Assembly: GCA_963801165.1 (NCBI GenBank)
Contig: CAWDDT010000004.1
Coordinates: 384,001 to 448,000, forward strand
Length of the DNA stretch: 64,000 nt
Source: an uncultured bacterium
GTDB lineage: Bacteria > Actinomycetota > Acidimicrobiia > Spongiisociales > UBA5794
Direction: 5' to 3'
Shown: piece by piece, positions 1 to 12,656 of the stretch
How the letters are laid out: the number at the start of each line of letters is the position of its first letter
Position numbering within the stretch: position 1 is the stretch's first letter
Program-made: the position numbers and the translations under genes
The notes under the pieces: model-generated
The model's input: the letters and a program-made list of their open reading frames with translations, nothing else
Told to the model about the DNA's origin: nothing
The model's database searches: none

Positions 1-1324
1 TCATCTCCCGGTACAGCTCAGAAGGGCTGTTCCCGGTCACGGCCAGGATCTCCGACGCCAGCAGGGCGAGCAGGATGCCGTCCTTGTCGGTAGTCCACAC
101 CGATCCGTCTTTGCGCAAGAATGACGCGCCGGCCGACTCCTCACCGCCAAACCCGATCGAACCGTCGAGCAGGCCGGGGACGAACCACTTGAACCCGACC
201 GGGACCTCGATGAGCCGGCGCCCTAGCCCCTTGGCGACCCGGTCGATCATTGACGACGACACCAGCGTCTTGCCGATGGCTGTGTCGTCCCGCCAGCCGG
301 GCCGGTGTGAGTACAGGTACTCGATGGCCACGGCAAGGAAGTGGTTCGGGTTCATCAAACCGGCGTCCGGGGTCACGATCCCATGTCTGTCGGAGTCGGC
401 ATCGTTACCGGTGGAGATCTGGAACGCGTCCCGGTTGGCGATCAGCGACGCCATGGCGCTCGGCGATGAGCAGTCCATCCGGATCTTGCCGTCCCAATCA
501 AGGGTCATGAACCGCCAGGTCGCGTCGACGAGCGGGTTGATCACTGTCAGGTCGAGCCGGTGTGTCTCGGCGATCCGGCCCCAATAGTCGACGCTGGCGC
601 CACCCAGTGGGTCGGCGCCGATATGGATCCCGGCGTCCCGGATCGCATCGAGGTTGAGGACCGAGATGAGATCGGCCACATAACCGTTGCAGAAGTCGTA
701 CGTGAGCGTGGTCTCGGCGGCCAGCGCTGTTGCCAGGGACACCCGGTTTACGCCCCGGTTGCCGGAAGCCAGCAACTCGTTGGCTCGGGCGGCGATCCAG
801 CCGGTGGCGTCGGTGTCCGCCGGGCCACCGTGCGGAGGGTTGTACTTGAAGCCACCGTCACCGGGCGGGTTGTGCGATGGGGTGACGACGATGCCGTCCG
901 CCTCCCCGCCGCCACCAGAGCCGGTGTGCTCCCGGTTGTGGGTGAGGATGGCGTGGCTCACCGCCGGGGTCGGCGTGTAGCGACCGTCGACGTCGACAAA
1001 CACGGTTACGTCGTTGCCGGCCAGCACCTCGAGCGCCGTCGCCCACGCCGGTTCCGACAGACCGTGGGTGTCGCGGCCGATGAACAGAGGCCCGTTGATT
1101 CCCTGGCTAGACCGGTACTCGCAGATGGCCTGGGTGGTCGCCGCGATATGTGCTTCGTTGAAGGAGCCGTTGAGACTCGAGCCGCGATGACCGGACGTGC
1201 CGAAAGCGACTCGCTGCGCCGGATCCTCCGGGTCGGGTGCGATGGTGTAGTAGGCCGTGATCAGGTGCGGGACGTCTACGAGGTCATCCGGTTGGGCAGG
1301 GGTTCCGGCGCGTTCGTGAGCCAT
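1..1324 (-). CDS. pgm: Phosphoglucomutase (alpha-D-glucose phosphate-specific), 3' end runs off the window
   Basis: Minus strand from ATG at 1324 reads [26 protein letters not shown]..., with [17 protein letters not shown] (catalytic Ser) and DADSDRHG (metal loop). Not in the ORF track because it is truncated. Confidence 0.93.
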   Translation of the reverse strand, partial: MAHERAGTPAQPDDLVDVPHLITAYYTIAPDPEDPAQRVAFGTSGHRGSSLNGSFNEAHIAATTQAICEYRSSQGINGPLFIGRDTHGLSEPAWATALEVLAGNDVTVFVDVDGRYTPTPAVSHAILTHNREHTGSGGGGEADGIVVTPSHNPPGDGGFKYNPPHGGPADTDATGWIAARANELLASGNRGVNRVSLATALAAETTLTYDFCNGYVADLISVLNLDAIRDAGIHIGADPLGGASVDYWGRIAETHRLDLTVINPLVDATWRFMTLDWDGKIRMDCSSPSAMASLIANRDAFQISTGNDADSDRHGIVTPDAGLMNPNHFLAVAIEYLYSHRPGWRDDTAIGKTLVSSSMIDRVAKGLGRRLIEVPVGFKWFVPGLLDGSIGFGGEESAGASFLRKDGSVWTTDKDGILLALLASEILAVTGNSPSELYREM

Positions 1325-1386
1325 GGCTCCAATCCTTTTGGCTGGTAGCCGATGATAGGGATTGGCCCGGCCGCAGCGGGCGGCCC

Positions 1387-2550
1387 TCAGTTGGTGGCGA
1401 GCTCCAACACCAGCGGGCTGCGGAACGTCGACGACGGCATCCAGGGCAAGTCTTCGTGGACCCGACGGTACTCGGGTACTACGTCGTGGAACTCTTTCAT
1501 GGCGATCTTGACCGACATGCGGGCGATGGTGGTGCCCAGACAGATATGGGTGCCGCCGCCAAAGCCGACATGGCCCTTGGTGCTCCGGTCGATGTCGTAC
1601 ACATCCGCGTCGGGGTACTGCCGCTCGTCACGATTCGCCGATCCGTAGGCGAGACAGACGAAGTCTCCCATCTTCATGCTCTGGCCATGCATCGTGTGGT
1701 CCCGGGTGAGCCGGCGCTTGAATCGCTGCGCCGAGGTGTTGTAGCGCAGCGACTCTTCCATGGCGGGGCGCAGCAGGTCGGGGTTCTCGACACAGCGCCG
1801 CCGGGCGTCGGGGAAATCGGCCAGATTGAGGGCAAACATGGACATAAACCCACCGAGTGACTCGACCCCGGCCATGATCAGCGTGGTCGTGGTGAGCAAT
1901 ACCTCTCGCTCATCGAGACGGTCGCCGTCGATCTCGGCCTCGGCGAAGTGGGTGATCAGGTCGTCGTGTGGGTGCTTCTGACGCTCCGCGATCACCACCG
2001 CCGCATAGTCCTTCACCCATTCGAAGGCGGCGATGTGCTCGGGGCCTTTGTCGCGGGTCACCGGATCGTTCTGGACCATGAGCACGGCCTTCTGGCGAAC
2101 GATCTCCTCGTCCTCCATCGGGATACCGAGCACGGCGAACAGCACGCGGACGGTGAATTTCGAGGAGAAGTCGAGTATGAAATCGAATCGGTCGCGGTCC
2201 CGCACCGATTCGGCGGCGTTGCGGGCGATCGCCTCGATATCCGGGGTGAGGCTGTTGAGGTTGCGGCGCACGAACGCATGTTGGATCAGACCACGTAGCC
2301 GGTCGTGGTGGGGCGGGTCGGTGGTTCCCAGGGTGGCGCCGGCCCGGTTGGGAAACTCGGTCATCATGTTTCCGTGCGCCGACGAGAAGGTCCCGGGGTC
2401 GCTGAGCGCTCCGACGACGTCCGCATAGCGGGAGAGAACCCACATCCCGGCTTCCTCGCTCCAGAAGCACGGGTATTCGTCGCGTAACGTGCGGTAGGCC
2501 GGGAACGGATCCACGTCTATCTCGGGTGCGAATGGATCAAATCGGAACAT
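1387..2550 (-). CDS. Cytochrome P450
   Basis: I-helix AGVES, ExxR (EESLR), heme ligand [10 protein letters not shown]. Likely start MFRFDPF at 2550. Confidence 0.93.
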   Translation of the reverse strand: MFRFDPFAPEIDVDPFPAYRTLRDEYPCFWSEEAGMWVLSRYADVVGALSDPGTFSSAHGNMMTEFPNRAGATLGTTDPPHHDRLRGLIQHAFVRRNLNSLTPDIEAIARNAAESVRDRDRFDFILDFSSKFTVRVLFAVLGIPMEDEEIVRQKAVLMVQNDPVTRDKGPEHIAAFEWVKDYAAVVIAERQKHPHDDLITHFAEAEIDGDRLDEREVLLTTTTLIMAGVESLGGFMSMFALNLADFPDARRRCVENPDLLRPAMEESLRYNTSAQRFKRRLTRDHTMHGQSMKMGDFVCLAYGSANRDERQYPDADVYDIDRSTKGHVGFGGGTHICLGTTIARMSVKIAMKEFHDVVPEYRRVHEDLPWMPSSTFRSPLVLELATN

Positions 2551-2629
2551 GCGGGGAGGGTAGGAGCAGCCAGGGTGTGAATAAAGGGACGATCGAGCCT
2601 TACCCGGGTACTTTCCCGGCAATGGCTCG

Positions 2630-3523
2630 TCACATCGGCTGGTGGAACCTGCGGAACTCGTTTGGCGTGGTCCCGGTTCGGCGTCTGAAGAACCGGGAGA
2701 AGTAGGAGGGGTCGACGAAGCCGAGCTCCGTCGCAAGCCGGTGGACGGGTACCGCGGTGTAGATCAGACGCCGCCGCGCCTCGAGCTCGAGCCTCCCCTG
2801 AACGATCTCGAAGGCGGTGACACCCGCGACGGCCCGGCAGACACGGTTGAGCGAGCTCTCCGACATGTGCAGCAGGTCGGCATACCGGCCGAGTGGCCAA
2901 TGGTCGGCATAGTGATCCTCCACGGCTGCCCGAAACTCGCGGAACCGGTCGTGAGGGCGCCGCCGCACCGACAGAGCATCGATGGTGTCGACCTTTCTGG
3001 CCAGGATCGTGAGGATCACCAAAACGATGGATTCCATGATCGGCACTCTTCCCGTGTCGACGGCCTCGTGCTCACGGAACAGCTCCTCACAGAGGACCCG
3101 CAGCCTGGGGACGACTGCGTCGCCGGTGTCGAGCGCAAGGGTGAGTCCGTTGACGAACAGCCTCTCCCTGATCCACCGTCCCATCGCCATAGTCTCGAGC
3201 CTGTCGTCGGCGACGGTGATGACGAAACCGGCGCTCTCATACACAAAATCGAACGAATGAACCACACCCGGTGGCGTGGTGATGACCGCCGGGGCAGGTA
3301 GATCGCGTGTTGTCTCATCGAGCGAGACGTGGACCGCCCCGTCGAGCACGAGCATCACCTGCGCCAGCCCCGGGTGCTTGTGCGGATCGATCAACCAGTC
3401 GAACAGCTCGCTGCGGCTTCGTATCCGCTCGATGTGGAGGAAATCTACGACATGGGCGGTCGGCTCACCGTAGAGCGAGTGGACCGGCACCGTGTCGGCT
3501 CTTCTGGTTCGTTTGGGGTTCAT
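2630..3523 (-). CDS. AraC-family transcriptional regulator (PobR-like cupin sensor)
   Basis: N-terminal LYGE...HIERI...IDPHKH cupin domain; C-terminal LGFVDPSYFSRFFRRRTGTTPNEFR HTH. Divergent from ligAB. Confidence 0.88.
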   Translation of the reverse strand: MNPKRTRRADTVPVHSLYGEPTAHVVDFLHIERIRSRSELFDWLIDPHKHPGLAQVMLVLDGAVHVSLDETTRDLPAPAVITTPPGVVHSFDFVYESAGFVITVADDRLETMAMGRWIRERLFVNGLTLALDTGDAVVPRLRVLCEELFREHEAVDTGRVPIMESIVLVILTILARKVDTIDALSVRRRPHDRFREFRAAVEDHYADHWPLGRYADLLHMSESSLNRVCRAVAGVTAFEIVQGRLELEARRRLIYTAVPVHRLATELGFVDPSYFSRFFRRRTGTTPNEFRRFHQPM

Positions 3524-3695
3524 GTCGCCGCGTTGTTGCATACGGTGGCCCAATCCGGGACCACTAGTTTGACGGGATAGTACCGGAACTGGCCCGAATC
3601 GTCCTTCACCAACGTCCGGTTTGGCGCGTACGATTCCCCCGTACCCAAAATCAGGTCCCCTTACATAGGGGCTGACCCGGGAAGGAGGCTCGGCG

Positions 3696-4097
3696 GTGAG
3701 TTGGAAGAAGCATGAGTACGAGGAGATCCCGGGCACGTACGTGTTCGATGGGAAGACGTCTCATTCGTCGTATGGCCTGAACAAGCTGTTCTACTCGTTC
3801 AATCAGGCCGAGAACCGGCAGGCCTTCGCCGAGGATCCGGCGGGGTATGCGGATCGCTTTGATCTGACCGACGAGCAGCGGCAGGCCCTGCTGTCGGGTG
3901 ATTTTCTGACGCTGTTGAAGATGGGAGCGAACATCTACTACCTGGCGAAGCTGGCGATTCCCTCGGGGACGTCCGTCCAGGATGCGGGTGCGTCGTTCCA
4001 CGGGATATCGACCGAGGAGTTCAAAGGGTTGCTACAGGGCAATGCGGAGGGTTTCCAGGAGAAACTCCGAGACGCTGGAGGTTTTTGGAATGGCTAG
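3696..4097 (+). CDS. ligA: Protocatechuate 4,5-dioxygenase-type alpha subunit
   Basis: IPGTYVFDG...YGLNK...GANIYYLAKL is LigA-like; overlaps the ligB start. Confidence 0.85.
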   Translation: MSWKKHEYEEIPGTYVFDGKTSHSSYGLNKLFYSFNQAENRQAFAEDPAGYADRFDLTDEQRQALLSGDFLTLLKMGANIYYLAKLAIPSGTSVQDAGASFHGISTEEFKGLLQGNAEGFQEKLRDAGGFWNG

Positions 4098-4932
4098 AGT
4101 CGTTGGTGGCATCACCACCTCCCACATACCGGCGGTCGGTAACGCTCTCGCCGACCCATCGAAACGAAACGATCCCTACTGGAAGCGCTTCTTCGACGGC
4201 TACGGGCCTGCCAAGGAGTGGCTCGCCAAGGTGCAGCCCGACGTGGCAATCGTCGTCTACAACGACCACGGGCTCAACTTCTTCCTCAACACCATCCCGA
4301 CGTTCGCAATCGGCTGCGCCGACGAATACAAGACCGCAGATGAGGGATGGGCGCTGCCACAACTCGAAGTGTTCCCCGGCGACGCCCAACTCTCCTGGCA
4401 TATCACCGAGTCGCTGATCGAGCAGGAGTTCGACATCACCATGTGTCAGGAGATGTTGGTCGACCACGGGTTCGTGGTTCCGATGCAGCTGATGTGGGGT
4501 GACGTCGACGGCTGGCCGGTCAGAGCGATCCCGTTTGCGGTCAACACGGTCCAGCATCCCCTGCCGACGGCGCGGCGTCTCTACGGGCTCGGGCATGCCC
4601 TGCGCAAGGCAGTCGAGTCGTATCCGGAAGACCTGAAGGTCGTCGTTCTCGGCACCGGTGGCATGTCGCACCAGTTGCAGGGGGAGCGTTCCGGGTTGAT
4701 CAACGTCGACTACGACCTCGCCTGCATCGACAGCATCATCAACGACCCGGATTGGCTCGTCAGCCAAACCAACAGCGAGATCATCGAGCAGGCAGGAACC
4801 GAAGGCGTCGAGGTGATCATGTGGCTCGCCATGCGGGGAGCGCTCCACTCCAACGTCACCGCGGTCCACAAGCACTACCACGCCCCGATCTCCAACACCG
4901 GCGCAGGCGTGCTCGTTCTCGAGAACACGTGA
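4090..4932 (+). CDS. ligB: Protocatechuate/gallate 4,5-dioxygenase-type beta subunit (class III extradiol dioxygenase)
   Basis: TSHIP, YNDH, VDHG, GGMSHQLQGER and GTEGVE motifs; start ATG at 4090. Confidence 0.88.
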   Translation: MARVVGGITTSHIPAVGNALADPSKRNDPYWKRFFDGYGPAKEWLAKVQPDVAIVVYNDHGLNFFLNTIPTFAIGCADEYKTADEGWALPQLEVFPGDAQLSWHITESLIEQEFDITMCQEMLVDHGFVVPMQLMWGDVDGWPVRAIPFAVNTVQHPLPTARRLYGLGHALRKAVESYPEDLKVVVLGTGGMSHQLQGERSGLINVDYDLACIDSIINDPDWLVSQTNSEIIEQAGTEGVEVIMWLAMRGALHSNVTAVHKHYHAPISNTGAGVLVLENT

Positions 4933-4950
4933 TCTCGAGGGCCGCCCAGC

Positions 4951-5949
4951 TCAGGAGCGGTGGCGAGCGATGTCGACCCGCTCCAGCAGGTAGCGGTCGA
5001 GGTTGCGGATGATCGGTGTGAGGTCATTCTCCGGGATCCGGGCGGCCGCCTTCTCCGACGCGCGCATCCGCTCGGTCGCCTCATCGAGTACCCGGTCGGC
5101 AAACCCGCCTTCGATGACGAGCCGGATCACCCGATCGATGGTGCCCGGCTCGTAGGGGGCACCCCCGCCGAGTAGACCCCGGATCTCGGCACCGTCGGGG
5201 CCGTCTGCGGCGTACAGGAGTGGCAGTGTGAATGTCCCCTCGCCGATATCGCTGCCGGCCGGTTTGCCGAGCCATTGCTCGTCGGCGACGAAATCGAGAA
5301 CGTCGTCGGCGAGTTGGAAGACGAGACCCATCTCCCAGGCCCAGTCGCTGATGGCATCGATGGTCTCTCGTCCGGCACCGCCGGTCATCGCCCCGAGCCG
5401 TGCCGAGGTGCGGATCAGGCTGGCGGTTTTGCCCCCGATCACGGAGTAGTAATCATCGGGACCGTGGTCGAGATCGTTGGCAAGCCGGAGCTCCATGACC
5501 TGACCTTCGCACAGTGTCGCGTAGGTTCTGGCGATCAGCTCCACGGCCTCGGTGCCGAGCGGGGCGGCCACCTCGGAAGCGCGGGCGAGCAGGAAATCCC
5601 CGGCCAGGATTGCGACGGTGTTGTTCCAGTTCTCATTGACCGAGACCGTACCCCGCCTGGTCTCGGCTTCGTCGATGACGTCGTCGTGGTAGAGCGAACC
5701 GAGATGCACCAACTCCACGGCCACACCGGCTTCGACCGGCTCCGGCCCGTCCCTGCCACCCAGCTCAGCGGCCACCTGAGCGAGCAGCGGGCGATAACGC
5801 TTGCCGCCCGCTGCCAGGCCGTGTTGGGCGATCTGGGTCAGAAACTCGTCGTCCGCGGTCGTGACTTCGAGCAACCGATGCTCCACGTCGGTCATTCGTC
5901 TCCACACGCGGGGCACGGGAACGAGATCCTGGAGAATGGGACTGTCCAT
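4951..5949 (-). CDS. Polyprenyl diphosphate synthase (HepT/IspB-like)
   Basis: GGKRYRP, first DDxxD (HDDVID..RRG), KT, second DDxxD (QLADDVLD). Confidence 0.92.
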   Translation of the reverse strand: MDSPILQDLVPVPRVWRRMTDVEHRLLEVTTADDEFLTQIAQHGLAAGGKRYRPLLAQVAAELGGRDGPEPVEAGVAVELVHLGSLYHDDVIDEAETRRGTVSVNENWNNTVAILAGDFLLARASEVAAPLGTEAVELIARTYATLCEGQVMELRLANDLDHGPDDYYSVIGGKTASLIRTSARLGAMTGGAGRETIDAISDWAWEMGLVFQLADDVLDFVADEQWLGKPAGSDIGEGTFTLPLLYAADGPDGAEIRGLLGGGAPYEPGTIDRVIRLVIEGGFADRVLDEATERMRASEKAAARIPENDLTPIIRNLDRYLLERVDIARHRS

Positions 5950-6182
5950 GTGAACACGGATAGTAGTCCTCCGCTTGGGGATGGCTCCCATCGGGTCATC
6001 GCCGTCGCTACAGACACATATCTGGATTACAGTCGGTAGTCCAGTTGTTGTTCTACTAATGACAATCAGAATGCGGCCGATGTTCCGAGTAGCGTTGGTC
6101 GCGGGGTCGGGGGCGTGTCACCGGCCTTAGCTATACTCCGAGAGGCGCACGGCAAACCGGGCGTCGACTTTAGAGGTGAAGA

Positions 6183-8699
<2,517 letters not shown>

Positions 8700-8720
8700 C
8701 GCACAAGTCAATACGATTCG

Positions 8721-8752
8721 AGAGCCGGCGGTGAAGATCGCCGGCTCTTTCT
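8721..8752 (+). terminator. Intrinsic terminator after clpC
   Basis: AGAGCCGGCG / CGCCGGCTCT 10-bp stem followed by TTCT. Confidence 0.75.
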
Positions 8753-8843
8753 GTCCGCGCTTCTCGAGTGGCAGTACAGTCACTCAGGCAGACCCATCAG
8801 TCTGGGTCGAGCGTCGCCGTCACCGATGTGAATGGAACTGGGG

Positions 8844-9650
8844 ATGAGCAGACGAAGCCTGGTTGCTGCACTTGCCGGTGTGGTCGTGGTTGTTGGCGTG
8901 CTCGCCCTTGCGTTGATGCTCACGAGGAGCCACACGACTGTGATCGATGCCGACCAGGCGCGCGCTGCGGCCACTACGAGCATCACCTCGTCTTCGGTGG
9001 TGACTGCGACGACGTTGGTGGGCGGGACTCCCACGGCTCCGCAGACGGGTGGCGATGTCGTCGTCTACGTGTATGCCATGTCCGGTCACGAGGAGATCGA
9101 CGCGCTCGCCGGCGCGAAACACAAGTATCCGTCCGAGACCTATCTCACCATCCGGTTGGGTGGGTGCGGCCAGATGTGGCGCTGGCAGGCCATCGAGGAG
9201 CGCTGGTCGGCGTGGGAGGTGTGCGACCCGCAGCACGTGACCGTCGCCGGGTTCGACTCGTTCAACAAGTGGTTCGGTGTTGAAGACCTCCAGCACTATC
9301 GCTGCGACGGGCCGGCACCGTATCTGCCCCCGACCCCGGACACGGACACCTGGACGTTCGTGTGCTCGACCGACAGCATCCAGCAGGCTACGACGGCCGA
9401 GGTGGTTGGGATGGAGACAATCGATGTCGGCGGCGAGCCGGTCGACACGGTCCACATCCACTACGTGGACACGCTTTCCGGCGACAGCACGGGGGGCAGC
9501 GAGACCGACCGCTGGGTCCGCCCGGGCGATCCGCTCGTGATCAAGGAGGCCGGCTCGACGGCGAGCGCCAGCACCAGCCCCATCGGCACGGTGAACTACA
9601 CCGAGGAGTACGAGATAAGCATCGAGTCGTTGGATCCCCTGACGCAGTGA
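8844..9650 (+). CDS. Hypothetical membrane-anchored or secreted protein
   Basis: N-terminal hydrophobic segment, Thr/Ser linker, beta-rich domain with 4 Cys; start 8832 or 8844. Confidence 0.7.
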   Translation: MSRRSLVAALAGVVVVVGVLALALMLTRSHTTVIDADQARAAATTSITSSSVVTATTLVGGTPTAPQTGGDVVVYVYAMSGHEEIDALAGAKHKYPSETYLTIRLGGCGQMWRWQAIEERWSAWEVCDPQHVTVAGFDSFNKWFGVEDLQHYRCDGPAPYLPPTPDTDTWTFVCSTDSIQQATTAEVVGMETIDVGGEPVDTVHIHYVDTLSGDSTGGSETDRWVRPGDPLVIKEAGSTASASTSPIGTVNYTEEYEISIESLDPLTQ

Positions 9651-9663
9651 TCACGATTCCCTC

Positions 9664-9716
9664 TTGACAAATGGCTGAACAGCGTTAAGTTAACACCGAT
9701 CACTTAACATCGTTCA
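9664..9716 (+). promoter_or_regulatory. MMPL operon promoter with triple TetR-type operator
   Basis: TTGACA at 9664, then three 13-bp pseudo-palindromes at 14-bp period: TGAACAGCGTTAA (9676), TTAACACCGATCA (9690), TTAACATCGTTCA (9704). Confidence 0.7.
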
Positions 9717-9736
9717 CTCAGAGGGAGGGAACCATC

Positions 9737-11959
9737 ATGAGACGTCTCGGCGATCTCGTTGTTCGATTCAGAGTCCTGGTCCTGGTCGGTGCGCTTGCCG
9801 GTTTGGTCCTCGCCGGCATCTTCGGCGGGGGAGTGGCCGACTCGCTGTCCAATGGAGGGTTCGCGGACCCCAACGCCGAATCGGTGCAGGCGGCCGATGT
9901 GCTGGAGACGCAGTTTGGTGTCTCCGATCCCGCCGTTGTCCTTGTCGTAACCGCACCGGGTGGGTCGGTGGACGATCCTGTGGTGGCGCAAGCCGGTCTC
10001 GATCTGACCGCGCAGCTGGCGGCGGAGGACGGTGTCACCTCGGCGTCGTCCTACTGGGCGCTCGGCGGTCCTGCCTCGTTGCGATCGATTGCCGGTAACC
10101 GGGCGCTGGTGTTTGCCACCGTCGCCGGTGACCAGGGCGAGGTGCTCACCCGCTCCGGTGACCTCGCAGATGAGTACCGCGGTGCTCACGACGGTCTCGA
10201 CATCGCCGTCGCCGGTCAGGGCCCGATGTTTGCGGAGGTCCAGGACACCATCGAGAAGGACCTGGCCCGGGCCGAGACCCTTGCGTTCCCCGTAACGGCA
10301 ATCCTCCTCGTGCTCATCTTCGGCAGCATCGTGGCCGCCTCGCTGCCGCTGTTCATCGGCGGTCTCTCCATCGTCGGCACCTTCCTGGCTCTGCAGATCC
10401 TGACCGGATTCACCGAGGTGTCGATCTTCGCCCTGAATCTGACCACTGCCCTGGGGCTCGGGCTTGCCATCGACTACTCGTTGTTCGTCGTCTCCCGGTA
10501 CCGGGAAGAGCTGGCGGCAGGGTTCGAACCCACGCAAGCCGTCGTACGCACCGTGCAGACCGCGGGCCGAACCGTGCTCTTCTCGGCGGGTACCGTTGCC
10601 GCCTCACTGGCTTCCATGCTGGTCTTCAACCTCGCATTCCTCCGATCGTTCGGCTACGCCGGGATCGCGGTCGTGGCCCTGGCGGCGTCCGGTGCCGTCG
10701 TGGTGCTGCCGGCCATCCTCGCTCTGCTCGGACATCGAGTCGACAGGCTGCGGATCCGCAATGTGAAGCCGGTGGGTGACGGCGAGGGTATGTGGCATCG
10801 GATCGCCACCACTGTCATGCGCCGCCCGTGGCCGGTTGCTACCGGCGCCATCCTGCTGCTGGTTGTTCTCGGGCTGCCGTTCCTCGGTGTCAAGCTCGGC
10901 GAGGGCGACGATCGGGTGCTGCCGGCAACTGCCTATGCCCGGGAAGCAGGCGACATCCTCCGTGCCGACTTCGACTCATTCGAAGCCGCTCCGATCAATG
11001 TCGTCGCCGCGGATTCGGCTACCGACGCCACCACAGTCGCACAGTTTGCGGCGACGCTGTCGACCCTCGACGGCGTCGGGCATGTCGAGGCCGCAACCGG
11101 AACCTACGCCGGCGGCACGTTGGTCTCGCCTCCTACGCCTGCCAATGCCCGATTCACCTCACCAGCCGGTGGGGCCTACTACTCCGTCGTCCCGACGGTG
11201 GAGCCGATCTCACCCGAAGGTGAGGCGTTGGTGAAGGCGATCCGCGGGCTTGATGCACCTTTCGCCGTTCAGGTGACCGGTGGATCCGCGGGTCTGGTCG
11301 ACACCAAGGCATCGCTGTTCGGCTCCCTGCCGTACGCCCTTGGGATCATCGCCATGATCACCTTCGTCGTGCTGTTCTTGATGTTCGGCTCCGTGGTTGT
11401 TCCCCTCAAGGCGGCCGTGCTCAACATGTTGTCGCTGTCGGCGACGTTCGGGGCGATGGTGTGGATCTTCCAGGATGGGCATCTGTCGAACCTGCTCGGT
11501 TTCACCGCTACCGGCACTCTCCAGTTGACGATGCCGATCCTCATGTTTGCGATCGCCTTCGGGCTGTCGATGGACTACGAGGTGTTCCTGCTCAGCCGTA
11601 TCAAGGAGGAGCACGACGCCGGGAGGAGCAACATCGATTCCGTGGCCACGGGTCTGGAGCGCACCGGCCGTATCGTGACCGCGGCGGCGGTGCTGATAGC
11701 AGTCGTCTTCATCGCCTTCGCAACTTCGAACGTGTCGTTCATGAAGATGTTCGGCGTCGGGATGACGCTGGCCGTCCTCGTCGATGCCTTCGTCGTCAGG
11801 GCAACCCTGGTCCCCGCCTTCATGAGGCTCGCCGGCGATGCCAACTGGTGGTCGCCACGCTGGTTGCGCGGCATCTACCGCCGGTTCGGGATCAGGGAGC
11901 AAGTTGACCTGCGCCGGGAAGTTCCCCCTATCATCGACATCGCCCCCCAAGAGGTGTGA
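9737..11959 (+). CDS. MMPL (RND) family transporter
   Basis: GLAIDYSLFVVSRYREE and GLSMDYEVFLLSRIKEE duplicated MMPL motifs; 740 aa. Confidence 0.93.
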   Translation: MRRLGDLVVRFRVLVLVGALAGLVLAGIFGGGVADSLSNGGFADPNAESVQAADVLETQFGVSDPAVVLVVTAPGGSVDDPVVAQAGLDLTAQLAAEDGVTSASSYWALGGPASLRSIAGNRALVFATVAGDQGEVLTRSGDLADEYRGAHDGLDIAVAGQGPMFAEVQDTIEKDLARAETLAFPVTAILLVLIFGSIVAASLPLFIGGLSIVGTFLALQILTGFTEVSIFALNLTTALGLGLAIDYSLFVVSRYREELAAGFEPTQAVVRTVQTAGRTVLFSAGTVAASLASMLVFNLAFLRSFGYAGIAVVALAASGAVVVLPAILALLGHRVDRLRIRNVKPVGDGEGMWHRIATTVMRRPWPVATGAILLLVVLGLPFLGVKLGEGDDRVLPATAYAREAGDILRADFDSFEAAPINVVAADSATDATTVAQFAATLSTLDGVGHVEAATGTYAGGTLVSPPTPANARFTSPAGGAYYSVVPTVEPISPEGEALVKAIRGLDAPFAVQVTGGSAGLVDTKASLFGSLPYALGIIAMITFVVLFLMFGSVVVPLKAAVLNMLSLSATFGAMVWIFQDGHLSNLLGFTATGTLQLTMPILMFAIAFGLSMDYEVFLLSRIKEEHDAGRSNIDSVATGLERTGRIVTAAAVLIAVVFIAFATSNVSFMKMFGVGMTLAVLVDAFVVRATLVPAFMRLAGDANWWSPRWLRGIYRRFGIREQVDLRREVPPIIDIAPQEV

Positions 11960-12648
11960 TGACAAACCCCGATCGATCTGCTGCCGGCTCCCGGCGCCAC
12001 AAGGCGCCGGGAGCCGGCATACATCACCGGCACCGGCGGCGTTCCCGCCGGGGAGAGGGTGACAAGCTTCGTCTCGACATCCTCGACGCTGCCGAGCAGC
12101 TTCTCGTCGAGATGGGATCGCCAGACATGGTCTCGATGCGCGCGATTGCCGACCGGGTGGGGGTGTCACCGCCGGCCATTTATATGCATTTCGATGACAA
12201 GGACGAGCTGTTCTTCGAGTGCTGCAACCGGCGCTTCACGGAGATGGCCGGTCGAATGCGAGAGGCTTCCGAACAGCAGACCACGGCCATGGGCCGCCTC
12301 GAGGCGATGGGCCGGGCGTACATCGACTTTGGTCTCTCGAGGGGCGAGCAGTACGAGGTTATGTTGCTCGGCAAGCATCCCGCCAGCCTCGGACCGGAGG
12401 AGGTACTCGAGCTGCCGGGGGCTCAGGCGCTCTCAATGGCTGCTGCGGCCGTGGCCGAAGGGGTTGCCGCAGGCGAGCTTCGCGCCGACCTCGACGCGAT
12501 GGCGACGGCCGTCGCACTGTGGGCAACCACTCACGGGGTGGTGCTTGTGCTTCTCGATAATCGCCGACACCCATTCCCGAACGCTCTCGAGGATGGGGTG
12601 GTCGTCGACCACCTCATCGCGATGCTGCGCCACGGGCTGCTCGCCTAG
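11956..12648 (+). CDS. TetR/AcrR-family regulator (WHG-type C-terminus)
   Basis: SMRAIADRVGVSPPAIYMHFDDKDEL HTH; LWATTHG. Confidence 0.9.
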   Translation: MMTNPDRSAAGSRRHKAPGAGIHHRHRRRSRRGEGDKLRLDILDAAEQLLVEMGSPDMVSMRAIADRVGVSPPAIYMHFDDKDELFFECCNRRFTEMAGRMREASEQQTTAMGRLEAMGRAYIDFGLSRGEQYEVMLLGKHPASLGPEEVLELPGAQALSMAAAAVAEGVAAGELRADLDAMATAVALWATTHGVVLVLLDNRRHPFPNALEDGVVVDHLIAMLRHGLLA

Positions 12649-12656
12649 TTGCTGAC

